A stretch of 36,369 nucleotides of DNA from a virus (Duplodnaviria; Caudoviricetes), in IMG/VR virus record IMGVR_UViG_3300032232_001056, positions 1-36,369 of that record; one strand, written 5' to 3'. Positions 16,173-30,436 of this stretch are shown in pieces. The notes beneath the pieces were generated by a model, which ran no database searches, was not told where the DNA came from, and saw only the letters and a list, made by a program, of their open reading frames with translations. Made by a program: the position numbers and the translations under genes. Position 1 is the first letter of the stretch. Every line of letters begins with the position of its first letter.

Positions 16173-17519
16173 ATGACTCTATCCGCAAAGCTCATCGAGC
16201 AGCGCGACGCTCTTGTTGCCGAGGTTGAAACAACCCTCGCAGCAGAAGACGTTACCGCAGAAGCTCTTGATGCAGCGTCAGCAAAGCAAGAAGATATTGC
16301 TAAGCTTGACGAGCGCATCGCAACAGCAGCAGCAAACGAAAAGCGCACAGCTGAACTTGCAGAATCACGCAAGGAATCAAATGTGAAGCCTTTTGCAGGA
16401 TCTGCAACAATCACACGTGAAGCAATGACATACGACCGTGATGGACGTAACTCATTTGTTAAGGACATGATCAACGCGACACTTCGCAATGATTCAGATT
16501 CTTGGTCACGTTTGCACCGTCACCAGGCTGAAGTTGCAATTGAAACTCGCGACATCAACCGTACAGACGGAACTGGTGGAGATTTTGTTCCACCTATTTA
16601 CCTCACAAACGAATACGCAGAGTTTGCTCGTGCAGCTCGCGTAACAGCTGATCTTCTTACTGGCATGGCTCTTCCTGCTGGCACAGATTCGATCAACATT
16701 CCCCAGATCTCAACTGGTACACTTTCAGCGTTCCAGTCATCTGATAACTCAGCGACAACAACTCGCGACCTTGTAACTTCAACAGTTACAGCTCCAGTTC
16801 GTACCATCTCAGGTTACGAGAACGTATCGATCCAGCTCGTTGAGCAGTCACCACTTTCTGGTGGACTTGATCGTATGATCTTCGGCGATCTCATGAAGGA
16901 TTACGCACTTCAGCTTAACACAGCTGTTGTTGGTGCAGGCGATGGAACATCAGGAACACTTAAGGGTCTTATTACTCTTGGTGCTGATACAACAAACGGT
17001 ATCCCAACAACTTGGACAGAAACAACACCAACAGCTAACGGCGGTTTGACTGCTATGGCTAAGGCAATTTCTAAGGTTGTTACAAACCGTTACCAGGACG
17101 TAGAAGCGATCGTAATGCATCCTTCAACATGGTACTGGTTCATGTCACAGGTTGACTCACAGTCACGTCCACTTGTTGTACCAGTTGCAGCAGGTCCATT
17201 CAACGCTAATGGCGTTATTGACGCACCAGGCGCATCAAAGGGTCTTGTAGGAACAATGCATGGCGTAAAGGTTTACGTTGATGCAACACTTCCAAAGAAC
17301 TACGGCGCATCAACAAACCAATCTCCAATCTTGGTTGGTAAGTTCTCAGACAGCTACTTGTTCGAATCAGGCGTTAAGACACGCGTGCTTCCAGATGTCC
17401 TTTCAGCGAACTTGACTGTTCGTTTCCAGGTCTACGGATACACAGCTCTTGCACACCGCTTCAACAAGTCTGTATCTGCAATTACAGGTACAGGTACTGT
17501 TGCACCTTCAGGCTACTAA
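16173..17519 (+). CDS. major capsid protein, HK97 fold
   Basis: N-terminal coiled-coil delta domain, GGDFVPP, G.GTSG.LKG, IVMHP..W; follows the protease. Confidence 0.93.
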   Translation: MTLSAKLIEQRDALVAEVETTLAAEDVTAEALDAASAKQEDIAKLDERIATAAANEKRTAELAESRKESNVKPFAGSATITREAMTYDRDGRNSFVKDMINATLRNDSDSWSRLHRHQAEVAIETRDINRTDGTGGDFVPPIYLTNEYAEFARAARVTADLLTGMALPAGTDSINIPQISTGTLSAFQSSDNSATTTRDLVTSTVTAPVRTISGYENVSIQLVEQSPLSGGLDRMIFGDLMKDYALQLNTAVVGAGDGTSGTLKGLITLGADTTNGIPTTWTETTPTANGGLTAMAKAISKVVTNRYQDVEAIVMHPSTWYWFMSQVDSQSRPLVVPVAAGPFNANGVIDAPGASKGLVGTMHGVKVYVDATLPKNYGASTNQSPILVGKFSDSYLFESGVKTRVLPDVLSANLTVRFQVYGYTALAHRFNKSVSAITGTGTVAPSGY

Positions 17520-17531
17520 TTAGTCTAGCTT

Positions 17532-17567
17532 TGGCGCTGATCCTGTCTTCGGATAGGATCAGCGCCA
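17532..17567 (+). terminator. 16-bp hairpin with cUUCGg tetraloop after the capsid gene
   Basis: TGGCGCTGATCCTGTC-TTCG-GATAGGATCAGCGCCA. Confidence 0.75.
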
Positions 17568-17592
17568 CAAGCGCAATACTTAAGGGGAAGTT

Positions 17593-17739
17593 ATGCAATC
17601 AATATTTTTAGAAGCTTTGATTACAGCTCGCGATTTAGTCCAAAAAAAGGGATTAGATGCGCTAGAAGCACTGATTAAAGAACATGAATTAGGCATTATC
17701 GAGACAACTGCGATCCTTCCGGAGGTTGAAACTCGATGA
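17593..17739 (+). CDS. 48-aa hypothetical protein (not in ORF track)
   Basis: AAGGGGAAG RBS; MQSIFLEAL...PEVETR; ATGA overlap with the GT gene. Confidence 0.65.
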   Translation: MQSIFLEALITARDLVQKKGLDALEALIKEHELGIIETTAILPEVETR

Positions 17740-18446
17740 AAAATAAAGACAAAATAGCCATCGGAATGGTTAACGATGGATCTATAAATGCTAATTTAGT
17801 GGTTGATTTACTGCAAATTAGAGGCAAAAGAACTGAAAGATTTGACTGTTTTATACAAGTTTCTAACATTGGATTACTCACAAGATCTAGAAACTTGCTT
17901 GTAAAGAACTTTTTGGAGCAATCAAACGCAGCTTGGTTGCTTATGATGGACTCCGATGAGCGTTTAGAGTTAGAAACTTGGGATAAACTAGTTTCTGCAG
18001 CTCATGAGAAGGATCGTCCGGTGATTTCTGCGCTAGTTTTTGCAGCTTTCTTTGATGATGATGTATCTTTACGCCCTGTACCTACCATTTATCGTGATCT
18101 TCCCGGATCTGGTTTGCAAGCTATTGATGATTATCCAATAAATGAGGTAATTAAGATTGATGCTGCCGGAACAGGCTGTTTATTGATCCATAGATCCGTT
18201 TTATTAGAGTTACAAGCCAAAGCAACTGAAAACCAGGGTAAAGACTGGGCTTGGTTTGTTGATGGAGCTATTGGTGGGCGCTGGTTTGGCGAAGATTTAC
18301 TATTTAGTAAGCGTCTTGGATCGCTAGGAATACCGATCCACGCGCACACCGGCGCGATATGTGCCCATAATAAGACTTTTTGGTTAGATCAGAGGCATCA
18401 CAAACTATTTCGTGATGCTGCTATTGATAGTAAAGCATCAGATTAG
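17736..18446 (+). CDS. GT-A fold (family 2-like) glycosyltransferase
   Basis: RN.LV..FL, WLLMMDSD (DxD), AGTGCLLIHR, GEDL.F. Confidence 0.85.
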   Translation: MKNKDKIAIGMVNDGSINANLVVDLLQIRGKRTERFDCFIQVSNIGLLTRSRNLLVKNFLEQSNAAWLLMMDSDERLELETWDKLVSAAHEKDRPVISALVFAAFFDDDVSLRPVPTIYRDLPGSGLQAIDDYPINEVIKIDAAGTGCLLIHRSVLLELQAKATENQGKDWAWFVDGAIGGRWFGEDLLFSKRLGSLGIPIHAHTGAICAHNKTFWLDQRHHKLFRDAAIDSKASD

Positions 18447-18475
18447 TCGTTACCCCCTGGCGACTAATCTGATGC
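18435..18475 (+). terminator. 15-bp perfect hairpin with C-rich loop
   Basis: GCATCAGATTAGTCG / CGACTAATCTGATGC around TTACCCCCTGG; no U-tract. Confidence 0.55.
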
Positions 18476-18495
18476 CCTAAATTAAAGGAGAATAC

Positions 18496-22581
<4,086 letters not shown>

Positions 22582-22591
22582 CGCTAAAGAA

Positions 22592-22744
22592 ATGGAAAAT
22601 GAAATGACAGAAGAAATATTGACTGCTGCGCAACTTAAAAGAATTGCAGTTGCTGAAGCAGCGAAAGCCGCTAAGGCATCAGGCAAAGCAAAGTTAGAAG
22701 CACTTGGTCTAACGAATGAAGAAGTAGAAGCATTGTTTAACTAA
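22592..22744 (+). CDS. small fibre-associated (chaperone-like) protein
   Basis: KASGKAKLEALGLTNEEVEAL C-terminus, directly after the fibre gene; start 22592 or 22604. Confidence 0.65.
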   Translation: MENEMTEEILTAAQLKRIAVAEAAKAAKASGKAKLEALGLTNEEVEALFN

Positions 22745-22763
22745 CGCAAAAGGAGAACGGGCA

Positions 22764-23072
22764 ATGGAACTAACAGCTGAAGAATTAGCAGCATTGACAC
22801 CTGATGAGCAGGCTGTTTATGCCGAGTATCTTGCTGAAACTAAGATTGCTACCGAGAAATTAGAAAAGCATTTTGTTGGTTTGCAAGCTAGCGTTGATCT
22901 TATCAACTCTCTTGTTGCGTCGAGTGATAAATCAGAGAAAACACTCGACAGGATCACGCGCAACTATAAGCACATTGAGATCATGCTTGCACAGGATTAC
23001 ATTGCAAATGATCCGAGAGATAAGACTGTATTTCTCGATGCAGTAATCTTGGCTAAATCAGCTTTGAATTAG
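22764..23072 (+). CDS. hypothetical protein
   Basis: 102 aa helical ORF with AAGGAG RBS. Confidence 0.75.
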   Translation: MELTAEELAALTPDEQAVYAEYLAETKIATEKLEKHFVGLQASVDLINSLVASSDKSEKTLDRITRNYKHIEIMLAQDYIANDPRDKTVFLDAVILAKSALN

Positions 23073-23095
23073 TAATATCAATACATGGGGGAAAG

Positions 23096-24148
23096 ATGAA
23101 GATCGCTATTTATACCATTGCATTAAATGAGGCAAGCTTTATTGAGCGCTGGTACAAAAGCGCTAAAGATGCAGATTATCTTCTTATAGCCGATACAGGA
23201 TCAACGGATCTTACCGTCAAATATGCCCAAAATCTAGGGATAAATGTGATCCGGATTGGTGTTAAACCTTGGCGCTTTGATGATGCCAGAAACGCGGCTT
23301 TGGCGGCTCTTCCGCTCGATATAGATTATTGCATAGCTTTAGATATGGACGAGGAACTTCAACCTGGCTGGCGTCAGGAATTGGAAGCTTTAGGATCTGA
23401 AATCACTCGTCCCAGATATAAGTACATTTGGTCATGGAATCCCGACGGATCGCCTGGTCTCAGCTACGGAGGGGACAAGATCCATTCACGATCTGGGTAT
23501 CGCTGGAAGCACCCGGTTCATGAGGTCCTGACATATCAGGGGGCTGAAATTCAAGGCTGGACAAAGCTGGAAATTCATCATCACCCAGATGATACAAAAT
23601 CCAGAGGTCAATACTTTCCTCTTCTACGGTTGGCTGTTTCAGAGGATCTAGAAGACGATCGAAATGCCTTTTATTATGCTCGTGAGCTATTTTTTAACAA
23701 TTATTATACAGAAGCCACTAAAGAATTTTTGCGGCATCTAGCCCTCCCACGAGCGGTATGGAAACCGGAACGAGCCGCATCGATGAGATACTTGGCAAAA
23801 ATGGACGAATCAAATCGTGAATCCTGGTTAATGAAAGCTATTGCAGAATCTCCTAATAGCCGCGAACCTCGCGTGGATCTTGCTGAGCATTATTACACCA
23901 AAGAATTATGGCTTGATTGCCACACGGCGGCAAAATCAGCCCTTCGCATTACACAACAACCGCTGGAATATCTTGTAGAATCGGAAGCCTGGGGATACCT
24001 GCCTCACGATTTGATCGCGATTTCAGCGTATCGTCTTGAAAAATATGAAGAAGCTATTGAGCATGGTCGTAAAGCGGCTGAGTTTGCTCCCTGGATCGAT
24101 CGGTTAAAGACCAATCTTGAATATTACGAAGGAGCTATAAGTGAGTAA
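23096..24148 (+). CDS. GT2 glycosyltransferase with C-terminal TPR repeats
   Basis: IALNE, ADTGSTD, FDDARN, LDMDE, HPVHE, FYYAREL and TPR-like helices. Confidence 0.9.
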   Translation: MKIAIYTIALNEASFIERWYKSAKDADYLLIADTGSTDLTVKYAQNLGINVIRIGVKPWRFDDARNAALAALPLDIDYCIALDMDEELQPGWRQELEALGSEITRPRYKYIWSWNPDGSPGLSYGGDKIHSRSGYRWKHPVHEVLTYQGAEIQGWTKLEIHHHPDDTKSRGQYFPLLRLAVSEDLEDDRNAFYYARELFFNNYYTEATKEFLRHLALPRAVWKPERAASMRYLAKMDESNRESWLMKAIAESPNSREPRVDLAEHYYTKELWLDCHTAAKSALRITQQPLEYLVESEAWGYLPHDLIAISAYRLEKYEEAIEHGRKAAEFAPWIDRLKTNLEYYEGAISE

Positions 24149-24338
24149 CACTGGATCTCCTGCGGTTCCTTCTACAATAATGAAACCCCGCATTTCTACT
24201 TATGACGGAGAATATCATTATATTTACAACCAACCAAACGTTATCTATAACCAACCTTTGGTCATTTACAACTATTACACAAACCGAGGCGATATGTTAA
24301 CTCGAACAATTTCTGGTCCAATTATGAGAGGTAGATAA
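24141..24338 (+). CDS. small hypothetical protein with IYNQP repeats
   Basis: YIYNQPNVIYNQPLVIYNY; coupled to both neighbours. Confidence 0.6.
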   Translation: MSNTGSPAVPSTIMKPRISTYDGEYHYIYNQPNVIYNQPLVIYNYYTNRGDMLTRTISGPIMRGR

Positions 24339-25183
24339 TGGCTGTTTATGATCTTGGTGATGTCGCGGCCCTTGGAGTTACGATCCTTAATGCAGCTGGA
24401 AATCCAGCTAATGCCACAACTGTCGTAGCTACCGTTGCCGCTCCTGATGGAACTACTAGTACTCCTACCGTTACTAATTCCGGTACTGGTCTTTATGATA
24501 TTGCTTATACACCAACGCAATATGGTCGTTATACGATCCGTTGGGTTGCTACCGGTACTAATGCAAGCGCTTATGCTGATGAGTTTACCGTTAGAGATTT
24601 TTTAGCATTAGGTGTTGTTTCCTTTGATGAAGTTAAAGCTCATCTTAACATTGCAACAAGTAATACAAATAACGATGAAGAAATTCGACGCTTTATTGAT
24701 GCCGCAACGGATCTAGCTGAGAACTACGTTGGCTGTATTCTTGGTCGTCAAACCTTTGCTAACGAAATGTATGATGGAAACGTAGAGCACTTACGCCTTC
24801 GTAATCCTCGCGCCATGACAATTTCAAGCGTCTACGAGAATGGGCTTCTCCTCCAGTCTACGGATTACGTTCTTGATCCTACGGGTCAACGTTTATATCG
24901 CGTGACTACCGGAGCGATCTCATCTCCAAGTTACTTTGGAATCTGGGCACCAGGAGCGAACAACATTGTTGTAAGCTACGTTGCTGGGTTTATCAATCCT
25001 CCGGCAACTATTCGCCAGGGTGTTCTTGAAATTATTCGTCACCTGTGGCAAACACAGCGCGGATCTGCGAGCGTAATGGGAAGAGTTCAAACCGGAGATG
25101 ACTTTTATCCATCTTCAACATTCTCGCTTCCACGCCGCGCTATGGAACTCCTTGATCCTGCGAGCCTTCCTGGACTTGCATAA
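24338..25183 (+). CDS. head-tail adaptor (gp6-like) with N-terminal Ig-like domain
   Basis: EVKAHLNI..D.EI..FI.AA...AE.Y; PATIRQGVL..IRHLW; N-terminal PDGT..GTGLY...GRY..RW. Confidence 0.8.
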   Translation: MAVYDLGDVAALGVTILNAAGNPANATTVVATVAAPDGTTSTPTVTNSGTGLYDIAYTPTQYGRYTIRWVATGTNASAYADEFTVRDFLALGVVSFDEVKAHLNIATSNTNNDEEIRRFIDAATDLAENYVGCILGRQTFANEMYDGNVEHLRLRNPRAMTISSVYENGLLLQSTDYVLDPTGQRLYRVTTGAISSPSYFGIWAPGANNIVVSYVAGFINPPATIRQGVLEIIRHLWQTQRGSASVMGRVQTGDDFYPSSTFSLPRRAMELLDPASLPGLA

Positions 25184-25641
25184 TGGCAACAACCGCGCTG
25201 CCAAATCTTATTGATGCTGTAGTTGCAACACTTAGAGCCGCATCAAGCTTATCTGGTGTAACTATTTACGACGGTATTGAAATTGATTCTTCAGATCCTA
25301 CAAACTGGATCTCTATCGGTCACGATGGCGGAGAAGATGGTGAAGTAGTTGTCGCAAACGTTCGCAACGAATACAAAGCACTTGGCGCAAAGTCAATGTT
25401 TGAAGATGGATTTTTGAACTGTACTCTTGTTTCCTGGACCGGAGATACCAGTCTTTCAGCCTGTCGGGTAAGTGCTTACGCATTACTTGATGCAGTCGAT
25501 ACTGTGATTCGAACCGATCCTTCTTTTGGCGGCGTAGTGTTGTATTGCGGACTTGAAAGTAACTCGCCTTCATATCTGCAAACTAACCAGGGCGCAGGAA
25601 TTCAAATTAACTTTACAATAGCTTACCGAGCAAAAACATAA
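25183..25641 (+). CDS. tail terminator/completion protein
   Basis: Position; VTIYDG, RTDPSFGG motifs. Confidence 0.6.
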   Translation: MATTALPNLIDAVVATLRAASSLSGVTIYDGIEIDSSDPTNWISIGHDGGEDGEVVVANVRNEYKALGAKSMFEDGFLNCTLVSWTGDTSLSACRVSAYALLDAVDTVIRTDPSFGGVVLYCGLESNSPSYLQTNQGAGIQINFTIAYRAKT

Positions 25642-25650
25642 GGAGCAAGA

Positions 25651-25854
25651 ATGGCAAAAATCAAGAACATATCACCACTTGGTGATCTGTTTATCCCTAG
25701 TCTTGGACTAGAGGTAAAAGCAGGAGCATCAGTTGATGTTTCAGATGAAGCAGCTGCTTCGCTCCTTGAACAATCAGACAATTGGACTGCGGCGGATCGT
25801 GCTGCAGCTTCAGTAAACCCATCTACGCCGGACCAACCGGCAGAAGCCAACTAG
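25651..25854 (+). CDS. small hypothetical virion-module protein
   Basis: 67 aa; AAGGAG RBS; between terminator and tail tube genes. Confidence 0.7.
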   Translation: MAKIKNISPLGDLFIPSLGLEVKAGASVDVSDEAAASLLEQSDNWTAADRAAASVNPSTPDQPAEAN

Positions 25855-25863
25855 GAGACAACT

Positions 25864-26811
25864 ATGGCAATTGGTTCCGGTATTGGTTCGTCCTTTGGTA
25901 TTGCCACAGAGACAACCTTCAACACTGGCGTAACCGTAAGTCGCTTTTATGAATTTACTTCAGAAAGCACTAACTACAATAAGAATGCATCTGTCGGTAT
26001 GGGTTTACGTGCCGGTGGCTTGCTTCCTCGCTCGCAGCGTCGCGTTATTACAACATTCGATGCAACAGGAAACCTCGTTATGGATCTTCCAACACGTGGT
26101 CTTGGTTTGATCCTTGCTCATGGCATGGGTTCATTCCCCACAAAATCAGGCAGCTCATTTACATTTACTCTTGGTGATGTTTATGGCAAGTCATTTACAT
26201 CTCAAATCGGTGTTCCACAATACGGTGGAACTGTTACACCAAAGACTCTTACAGGTTGCAAGGTGTCAAGCTTTGAGTTGACAGCTAGTACTGGCGAAAT
26301 TGCTACAGGTACATTTGCGATTGATGCAGCGGGTCTAACTACCTCAACATCTCTTGCAACTCCTTCTTACTCGCTCAATGGATCTGTTTTCCACTTTGCT
26401 CAAGGTGCAATTACTGTTGATGGATCTGCAGTCGCCAATATTAAGTCGTTTAATCTTTCAGTAGATAACACTCTTAAGACTGATCGTTACAATCTTGGAT
26501 CTTCTGGAGCTAAGGCTGAGCAAGTTATCAACGGCTTCCGTAAGGTTACAGGATCTGTAACAGCGGAATTCACTGATACAACGCTTCTTGCTAAGTTCCT
26601 TGCGGATACAACAACAGCGCTTTCGTTGACTCTTACAGCGAGCGGAACTGAAGCTCTTCAGATTACTGTTTCGGCCGTTAAGTTTGATGGCGCAGCTCCT
26701 CAGGTAGCGGGCCCAGAAGTTATTGACGTTGAGTTCTCGTTTGAGGCTTACGATAATGGATCTGATGCTCCGTTAACAATTGTTTACACAACACCTGATA
26801 CATCACTTTAA
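25864..26811 (+). CDS. major tail tube protein
   Basis: MAIGSG...GIATETTF, GCKVSSFEL, R.VTGSVTAEF; Ser/Thr/Gly-rich beta protein at the tube position. Confidence 0.8.
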   Translation: MAIGSGIGSSFGIATETTFNTGVTVSRFYEFTSESTNYNKNASVGMGLRAGGLLPRSQRRVITTFDATGNLVMDLPTRGLGLILAHGMGSFPTKSGSSFTFTLGDVYGKSFTSQIGVPQYGGTVTPKTLTGCKVSSFELTASTGEIATGTFAIDAAGLTTSTSLATPSYSLNGSVFHFAQGAITVDGSAVANIKSFNLSVDNTLKTDRYNLGSSGAKAEQVINGFRKVTGSVTAEFTDTTLLAKFLADTTTALSLTLTASGTEALQITVSAVKFDGAAPQVAGPEVIDVEFSFEAYDNGSDAPLTIVYTTPDTSL

Positions 26812-27362
26812 TGGCAAAAGACGCTTTCTTTCTTACTAGCGATGATCTATCTAAGCTCTACAAGGCAACCCGCAATGTTGACAAGGATCTAACAAAGAAC
26901 TTAAGAAAGCGTATTACAAAAATTGCAGCACCGATCCTTAGCGAAGTTAAGCAAGCCGCTCTCGATATTCCTTCTAATAAGGGGGAAACTGAGATCGCTG
27001 CCAGGGGGCAAGCTAGTCTTGGTCTTCGTCAAGGTATCGCCGCGGCAGCTGAAACAAAGATCAATCCAAACAAAAGTGGATCTTTTGTTGTCCGAATTAA
27101 AATATCCGGCACGAAATTCAGAGCTAAAACAGGCAAATATGGAAGTCTTCCCCGTAAAATGGAAGGCTTGAGTAAAAAGCCTTGGCGTCACCCGGTCTTC
27201 CCGGATAAGGGAGCAACCGGAGGAACCTGGAAAGGAACTTGGGCGTCGCAAGAAAAACACCCGTTTTTGTTGCCGACAGTTCTAAAACATAAACCACAAG
27301 TAAGAGAAGAAGTACTAAAAGCTTTCATCGACACTCTCGATGATATGCAAGTCATTCTATAA
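26811..27362 (+). CDS. HK97 gp10-like neck/tail protein
   Basis: Basic protein with WRHPVF and HPFLLP motifs. Confidence 0.6.
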   Translation: MAKDAFFLTSDDLSKLYKATRNVDKDLTKNLRKRITKIAAPILSEVKQAALDIPSNKGETEIAARGQASLGLRQGIAAAAETKINPNKSGSFVVRIKISGTKFRAKTGKYGSLPRKMEGLSKKPWRHPVFPDKGATGGTWKGTWASQEKHPFLLPTVLKHKPQVREEVLKAFIDTLDDMQVIL

Positions 27363-27373
27363 TAGGGGGAAAA

Positions 27374-27682
27374 ATGCCACTCATCGTTAAAGGCAAGTCA
27401 TATTCATTGCCATCAGAAGGATCTGAAAAGGCTCCAACAGGTAGAGAAATTGTTGAGATTGAAAGCTATTTTAATCTCGACGGTTTGATCCTGCTAACAG
27501 CGCTTTCCCAGGATAAGCCACCGCTGGGATATACAAAGACAAAAGGAATGTACGCTTTAGCCTGGATCGCTTTAACGCGTGCAGGAGAAGTTCTTTCTCT
27601 TGAAGATGTATTAAATGATTATGCTCTTGATGACTTTGATTTTCAGGAGGAAGAAGTAAAAAAACAAGAGGCCGAAGGCTAA
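27374..27682 (+). CDS. tail assembly chaperone (G form)
   Basis: Upstream of tape measure; acidic end followed by an A7 slippery run. Confidence 0.75.
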   Translation: MPLIVKGKSYSLPSEGSEKAPTGREIVEIESYFNLDGLILLTALSQDKPPLGYTKTKGMYALAWIALTRAGEVLSLEDVLNDYALDDFDFQEEEVKKQEAEG

Positions 27683-27828
27683 GAGACGGCGGAGCCAGAG
27701 GTTTCATATACAAAAATATGGCAATCATTTGCCATACGTATCCAGGTATTACGCCGCTTAATATCTGGGATATAGAATTTGAGTTATTAAAAGAATTAGT
27801 TCGTGCAATAGAAACGTCTAACGACTAG
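27658..27828 (+). CDS. -1 frameshift extension of the tail assembly chaperone (GT form)
   Basis: A AAA AAA at 27658-27664; -1 frame is open to TAG 27826-27828 and encodes ...HTYPGITPLNIWDIEFELL... Confidence 0.7.
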   Translation, partial: KKTRGRRLRDGGARGFIYKNMAIICHTYPGITPLNIWDIEFELLKELVRAIETSND

Positions 27829-27837
27829 GAGTTAAAC

Positions 27838-29274
27838 ATGGGTTTTCGCGATTATTCAGTTGGCGTAAACCTCATTGGTCGCGACATTTCCGCTTCTAAG
27901 GCACTTAATAAACTTGGTTGGGTAGCAAAATCAACCGGAGATAAACTTGAATCAGCATCTAAGAAAGCTAATTATGTTCTTGGAGCTATGACTGGTGCTG
28001 CGGTTTTATTTGCTAAAGCAGCGGCAGAAGATGAACGATCCTCAATTAAGCTTGCTGCAACTCTTAAAACAGTTGCTAATGCTGGAGATACTCAGATTGC
28101 CGCTGTTGAAAAGTTTATTAACAAGGCTTCCATCTGGTCCGCAACAGCTGACGATGATATTCGTCCAGCGTTTGATCGCTTAGTTAGATCCACAAAGAAC
28201 GTTGGAGAAGCTCAAAAGCTTACAACTCTTGCGCTTGAAATTGCTAAGCAAAAGGGATTACCGGTTGTTCAGGTTGCTAATGCTCTTGCGAAGGCGCATG
28301 ATGGAAACGTTGGTGCTTTAAAAAAGCTTGGCATTGCTGTTAAATCTGGAGCCAAGTCTCAAGACGTTTATGCAACAAAGATGAAGGTTGTTAACGGTCA
28401 ACTTACAAGCGTTCAAGTTAAAGTTGGTAAGACCGGTAAAGAAATGGTCAAATTTGACGACATCATTAAACAGGTTGGTAAAGACTTCAAAGGATCGATT
28501 GCAGCACAAAGCGAAACAGCGGCATTTAAGTTTGAAAAGTTTAAGATCGTCCTGGGTGAGACTCAGGAAACTCTTGGATATATGCTTCTTCCATATCTTA
28601 ATGATCTTTCTGATTGGTTAGTAAAGATTGCTCCATTTGTTGAAAAGCACAAGGAAGCAATTAAGAAATGGGCAATTGCTATTGTAAGCGTTGCTATCGC
28701 AGTTAAAACTGTTAACGCTGCATATAAAACATTTATGGCACTTCAAGGTATTGGAGCTATCGTAAAGCTCATTGCAATTTGGGCTGGATTTGGTACCACG
28801 GTTGCGGTAGCGGGTACTGAAATGGCTGCAGCCGGAGTTGCTGTTAACGTCGCCTGGGCTCCTTTCCTTCTTACTGTAGCCGCGATCGCTGCCGCGTTTG
28901 TTGGAATTAACCTTGTACTAAATAAGATTAAAAAGAATCGTGAAGCTTTACTTAACGATCCTAATAAAATTCCATCATGGAGTACTCAATCTAATAAACT
29001 TGATTTTCTTGCCGGTCGTGAGACCTTTATGAGTGCAGCGCCAAAGCACGCTAAGGGCGGAATTGTGACTAAACCTCACTTTGGTTGGATTGGCGAAGCG
29101 GGTCCAGAAGCTATTATTCCTTTGAGTAAGTCTGGAATGTTTGGCGGAGTTACTGTTATCAACCATATTCAAGGATCGGTTGTTGCGGAAAAGGATCTAG
29201 CTCTTAAGATCCGTAATGACATCGCTCAACTTATGCGTCGTAAAGGTCTTAATCCAGCAATTCTGGGGGTTTAA
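27838..29274 (+). CDS. tape measure protein (short, 478 aa)
   Basis: Ala/Lys-rich helical protein, DDIRPAF..L, hydrophobic segments, AKGGIV...IGEAGPEAIIPL. Confidence 0.88.
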   Translation: MGFRDYSVGVNLIGRDISASKALNKLGWVAKSTGDKLESASKKANYVLGAMTGAAVLFAKAAAEDERSSIKLAATLKTVANAGDTQIAAVEKFINKASIWSATADDDIRPAFDRLVRSTKNVGEAQKLTTLALEIAKQKGLPVVQVANALAKAHDGNVGALKKLGIAVKSGAKSQDVYATKMKVVNGQLTSVQVKVGKTGKEMVKFDDIIKQVGKDFKGSIAAQSETAAFKFEKFKIVLGETQETLGYMLLPYLNDLSDWLVKIAPFVEKHKEAIKKWAIAIVSVAIAVKTVNAAYKTFMALQGIGAIVKLIAIWAGFGTTVAVAGTEMAAAGVAVNVAWAPFLLTVAAIAAAFVGINLVLNKIKKNREALLNDPNKIPSWSTQSNKLDFLAGRETFMSAAPKHAKGGIVTKPHFGWIGEAGPEAIIPLSKSGMFGGVTVINHIQGSVVAEKDLALKIRNDIAQLMRRKGLNPAILGV

Positions 29275-29277
29275 TCA

Positions 29278-30426
29278 ATGGGTGCTTTTGACGGTACTAA
29301 TGGTCCTACACTCAAGATTCAGTTCTATTTTAACGGTACATATACCGACGTTCCTACAACCGATCTAAGATCCGTGGATCTCAACCGAGGTCGTACTCGC
29401 CAGGATCAGCGTATGGAACCCGGTCAAATGATTATTACTTTTGACAATCGCTCAGGCAACTATGATCCGGATAACCTCTCTGGACCTTGGGTATCTGGTG
29501 GCGTTACTGCGCTTCGTGCGGATCTTCGGGCCCGTCTTGTCGCTACTTGGTCTGGAACAAACTACGTTCTTTACGTTGGTTATCTTGAAACAACTAAACT
29601 TGATGCCGGCTTTGATGCCACAGCTACTATGACCTTTGTTGATGGTATCTCAGTATTAGGACGATATACAGCTCCAGGGTTTAAAACCGCCTCTTATAGT
29701 GGCGAGACCACTTCAACTCGCGTTGGTCGTATGTTGACTTACGCTGGTTGGGGCACCGGATCTTCCTGGCGATCCTTAACCGGATCGGTAACTCTCGCTG
29801 GAACGGTCCAGGGTGGTCCAATTATGGACATTATTAACCAGTGCGAAGATGCTGAAGCTGGTTGTTTCTATATGTCACGAACCGGCGTAGCTACACTTGT
29901 TAATTTACAAAACAAGTTTTCACGTCCAACGCAGCTTTCCTTTAATGATTCTCGTGCAGCCAATACGGTTGAATATAACAACATTGATGAGAATCCCGGT
30001 ATTTATTCATTTACCAATGCGGCTCTTGTTAACTATGCTCCAAGTGGAGTTAAAGGCAAGCAGCAACTCTGGAAGAATCAACCTCAGGTTACAAAGTACG
30101 GTCTAAAAATCAGACAGTTTGATACCTATATTTTACGCGATGCGGTTGCCAAAAAGCTTGCCCAGTACTACGCAACGTTTACTAAAGCACCAAAAACTCT
30201 TGTTCAGAGCATTGACTTTACGGCGTTGGCACTCGGAGCGTTATATCCGGACTTCTTAGAAACAGAACTTCAGGATCTTTGTATTGTAAAGCGCACAACG
30301 GTTGACGGTCGAAATCTAACGTTTAATCTAGTTATTGAGGGTTTTCGCTATAAAATCACACCTGATACTTGGGACGTGACTTACTACACGGGTCCAATTT
30401 CAGCCACGAAAGTAATTCTTCCTTAA
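29278..30426 (+). CDS. minor tail / baseplate hub protein
   Basis: RGR....R.EPG...FDNRSG.YDP.N; E.T..RVGRML; follows tape measure. Confidence 0.75.
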   Translation: MGAFDGTNGPTLKIQFYFNGTYTDVPTTDLRSVDLNRGRTRQDQRMEPGQMIITFDNRSGNYDPDNLSGPWVSGGVTALRADLRARLVATWSGTNYVLYVGYLETTKLDAGFDATATMTFVDGISVLGRYTAPGFKTASYSGETTSTRVGRMLTYAGWGTGSSWRSLTGSVTLAGTVQGGPIMDIINQCEDAEAGCFYMSRTGVATLVNLQNKFSRPTQLSFNDSRAANTVEYNNIDENPGIYSFTNAALVNYAPSGVKGKQQLWKNQPQVTKYGLKIRQFDTYILRDAVAKKLAQYYATFTKAPKTLVQSIDFTALALGALYPDFLETELQDLCIVKRTTVDGRNLTFNLVIEGFRYKITPDTWDVTYYTGPISATKVILP

Positions 30427-30436
30427 GGGGTGAACA

